DNA of 64,000 bases from assembly GCF_964204645.1 (NCBI RefSeq), contig NC_134027.1, forward strand, positions 16,276,485-16,340,484. The letters are read 5' to 3'. This document shows, piece by piece, positions 63,349 through 64,000 of this stretch. The DNA comes from Tubulanus polymorphus. Its lineage: Eukaryota; Animalia; Nemertea. The first letter of the stretch is position 1. Every line of letters begins with the position of its first letter. The position numbers were made by a program, and so were the translations under genes. The notes under the pieces were generated by a model. That model was not told the origin of the DNA, did no database searches, and worked only from the letters and a program-made list of their open reading frames with translations.

Positions 63349-64000
63349 CGTACCGCGATTTTACATGAATTGGCTCAATGCCAACATCATATCGGTAACA
63401 AAGGTAAACCATAAATGGGGCATTGTCTTTTAAGAACAGGGGTCAAATAGGGGTCAAAGGCAGGTCAATTCCACTTCTCCGTACAATGCTGAAATTCTAA
63501 TACATAATAGATAATGATATGATGGTCACAAATTCATTTCGCAAGAAAGAAAATATTGCAGCATTTTTGTTTAAGAACCGGGGTCAAGCAGGGGTCACGA
63601 AGGGTGGGCAATTCCACTTCTCCGTACAAAGCTGAAATTTGAGTACATGGTAGATAATGATATGATGGTTTTTTCTTTTTTTAACCATTGAAATTTTATT
63701 ATGAACATAACATTTGCAATATACAATGGACAACCACAAATCGTCCGGGGACATTATATGTGGTCTCGGAACAAGAAGAAAAACAAAACAATATTAAGTA
63801 AATATAGCGGTTTCATGGCATATTATATTAGTTACATGATTGTTAAAAGTCTACATTCTACAGGTTTCAAGAATCTGGAGGTGTTTTCACATCGTATGGG
63901 TCTTAACGAAGTCAAAATAGATTAAACAAACATGCATTAAGCCAAGAAGATAAATGTTCAAATAATGCATGGTCACTCAAAGACGACAATATGCTGTGAT

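Overview
AT-rich animal genomic DNA, probably from a marine invertebrate (inferred from its repeat families). The whole window lies inside one minus-strand host gene that the ORF track misses. Four short coiled-coil exons (47720-47887, 27673-27827, 21829-21952, 1110-1250) have canonical GT-AG splice sites and compatible phases. They splice into a 196-aa peptide colinear with the central coiled coil of the presynaptic active-zone protein ERC/ELKS/CAST. The 6-20 kb introns are packed with nested transposons: (1) a decayed Gypsy element whose integrase is split by a full-length CR1-group LINE (esterase ORF1, itself carrying a 6-bp-TSD DNA element) and by a Tc2-like MITE; (2) an L2 LINE carrying a Harbinger-like MITE; (3) a 10-kb Kolobok (spliced THAP-DDE transposase plus convergent KolX gene) containing a second Kolobok and a CAGGG-TIR element that in turn holds a deleted Gypsy LTR element; (4) a Penelope element with a hammerhead ribozyme; (5) a second Gypsy 3' half; (6) a full-length piggyBac. 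Helentron-type non-autonomous elements carry ~153-bp tandem units, nearly all with a CTCF-like motif, plus YY1-like motifs. All calls come from reading the sequence and recalling family hallmarks; no database searches were run.
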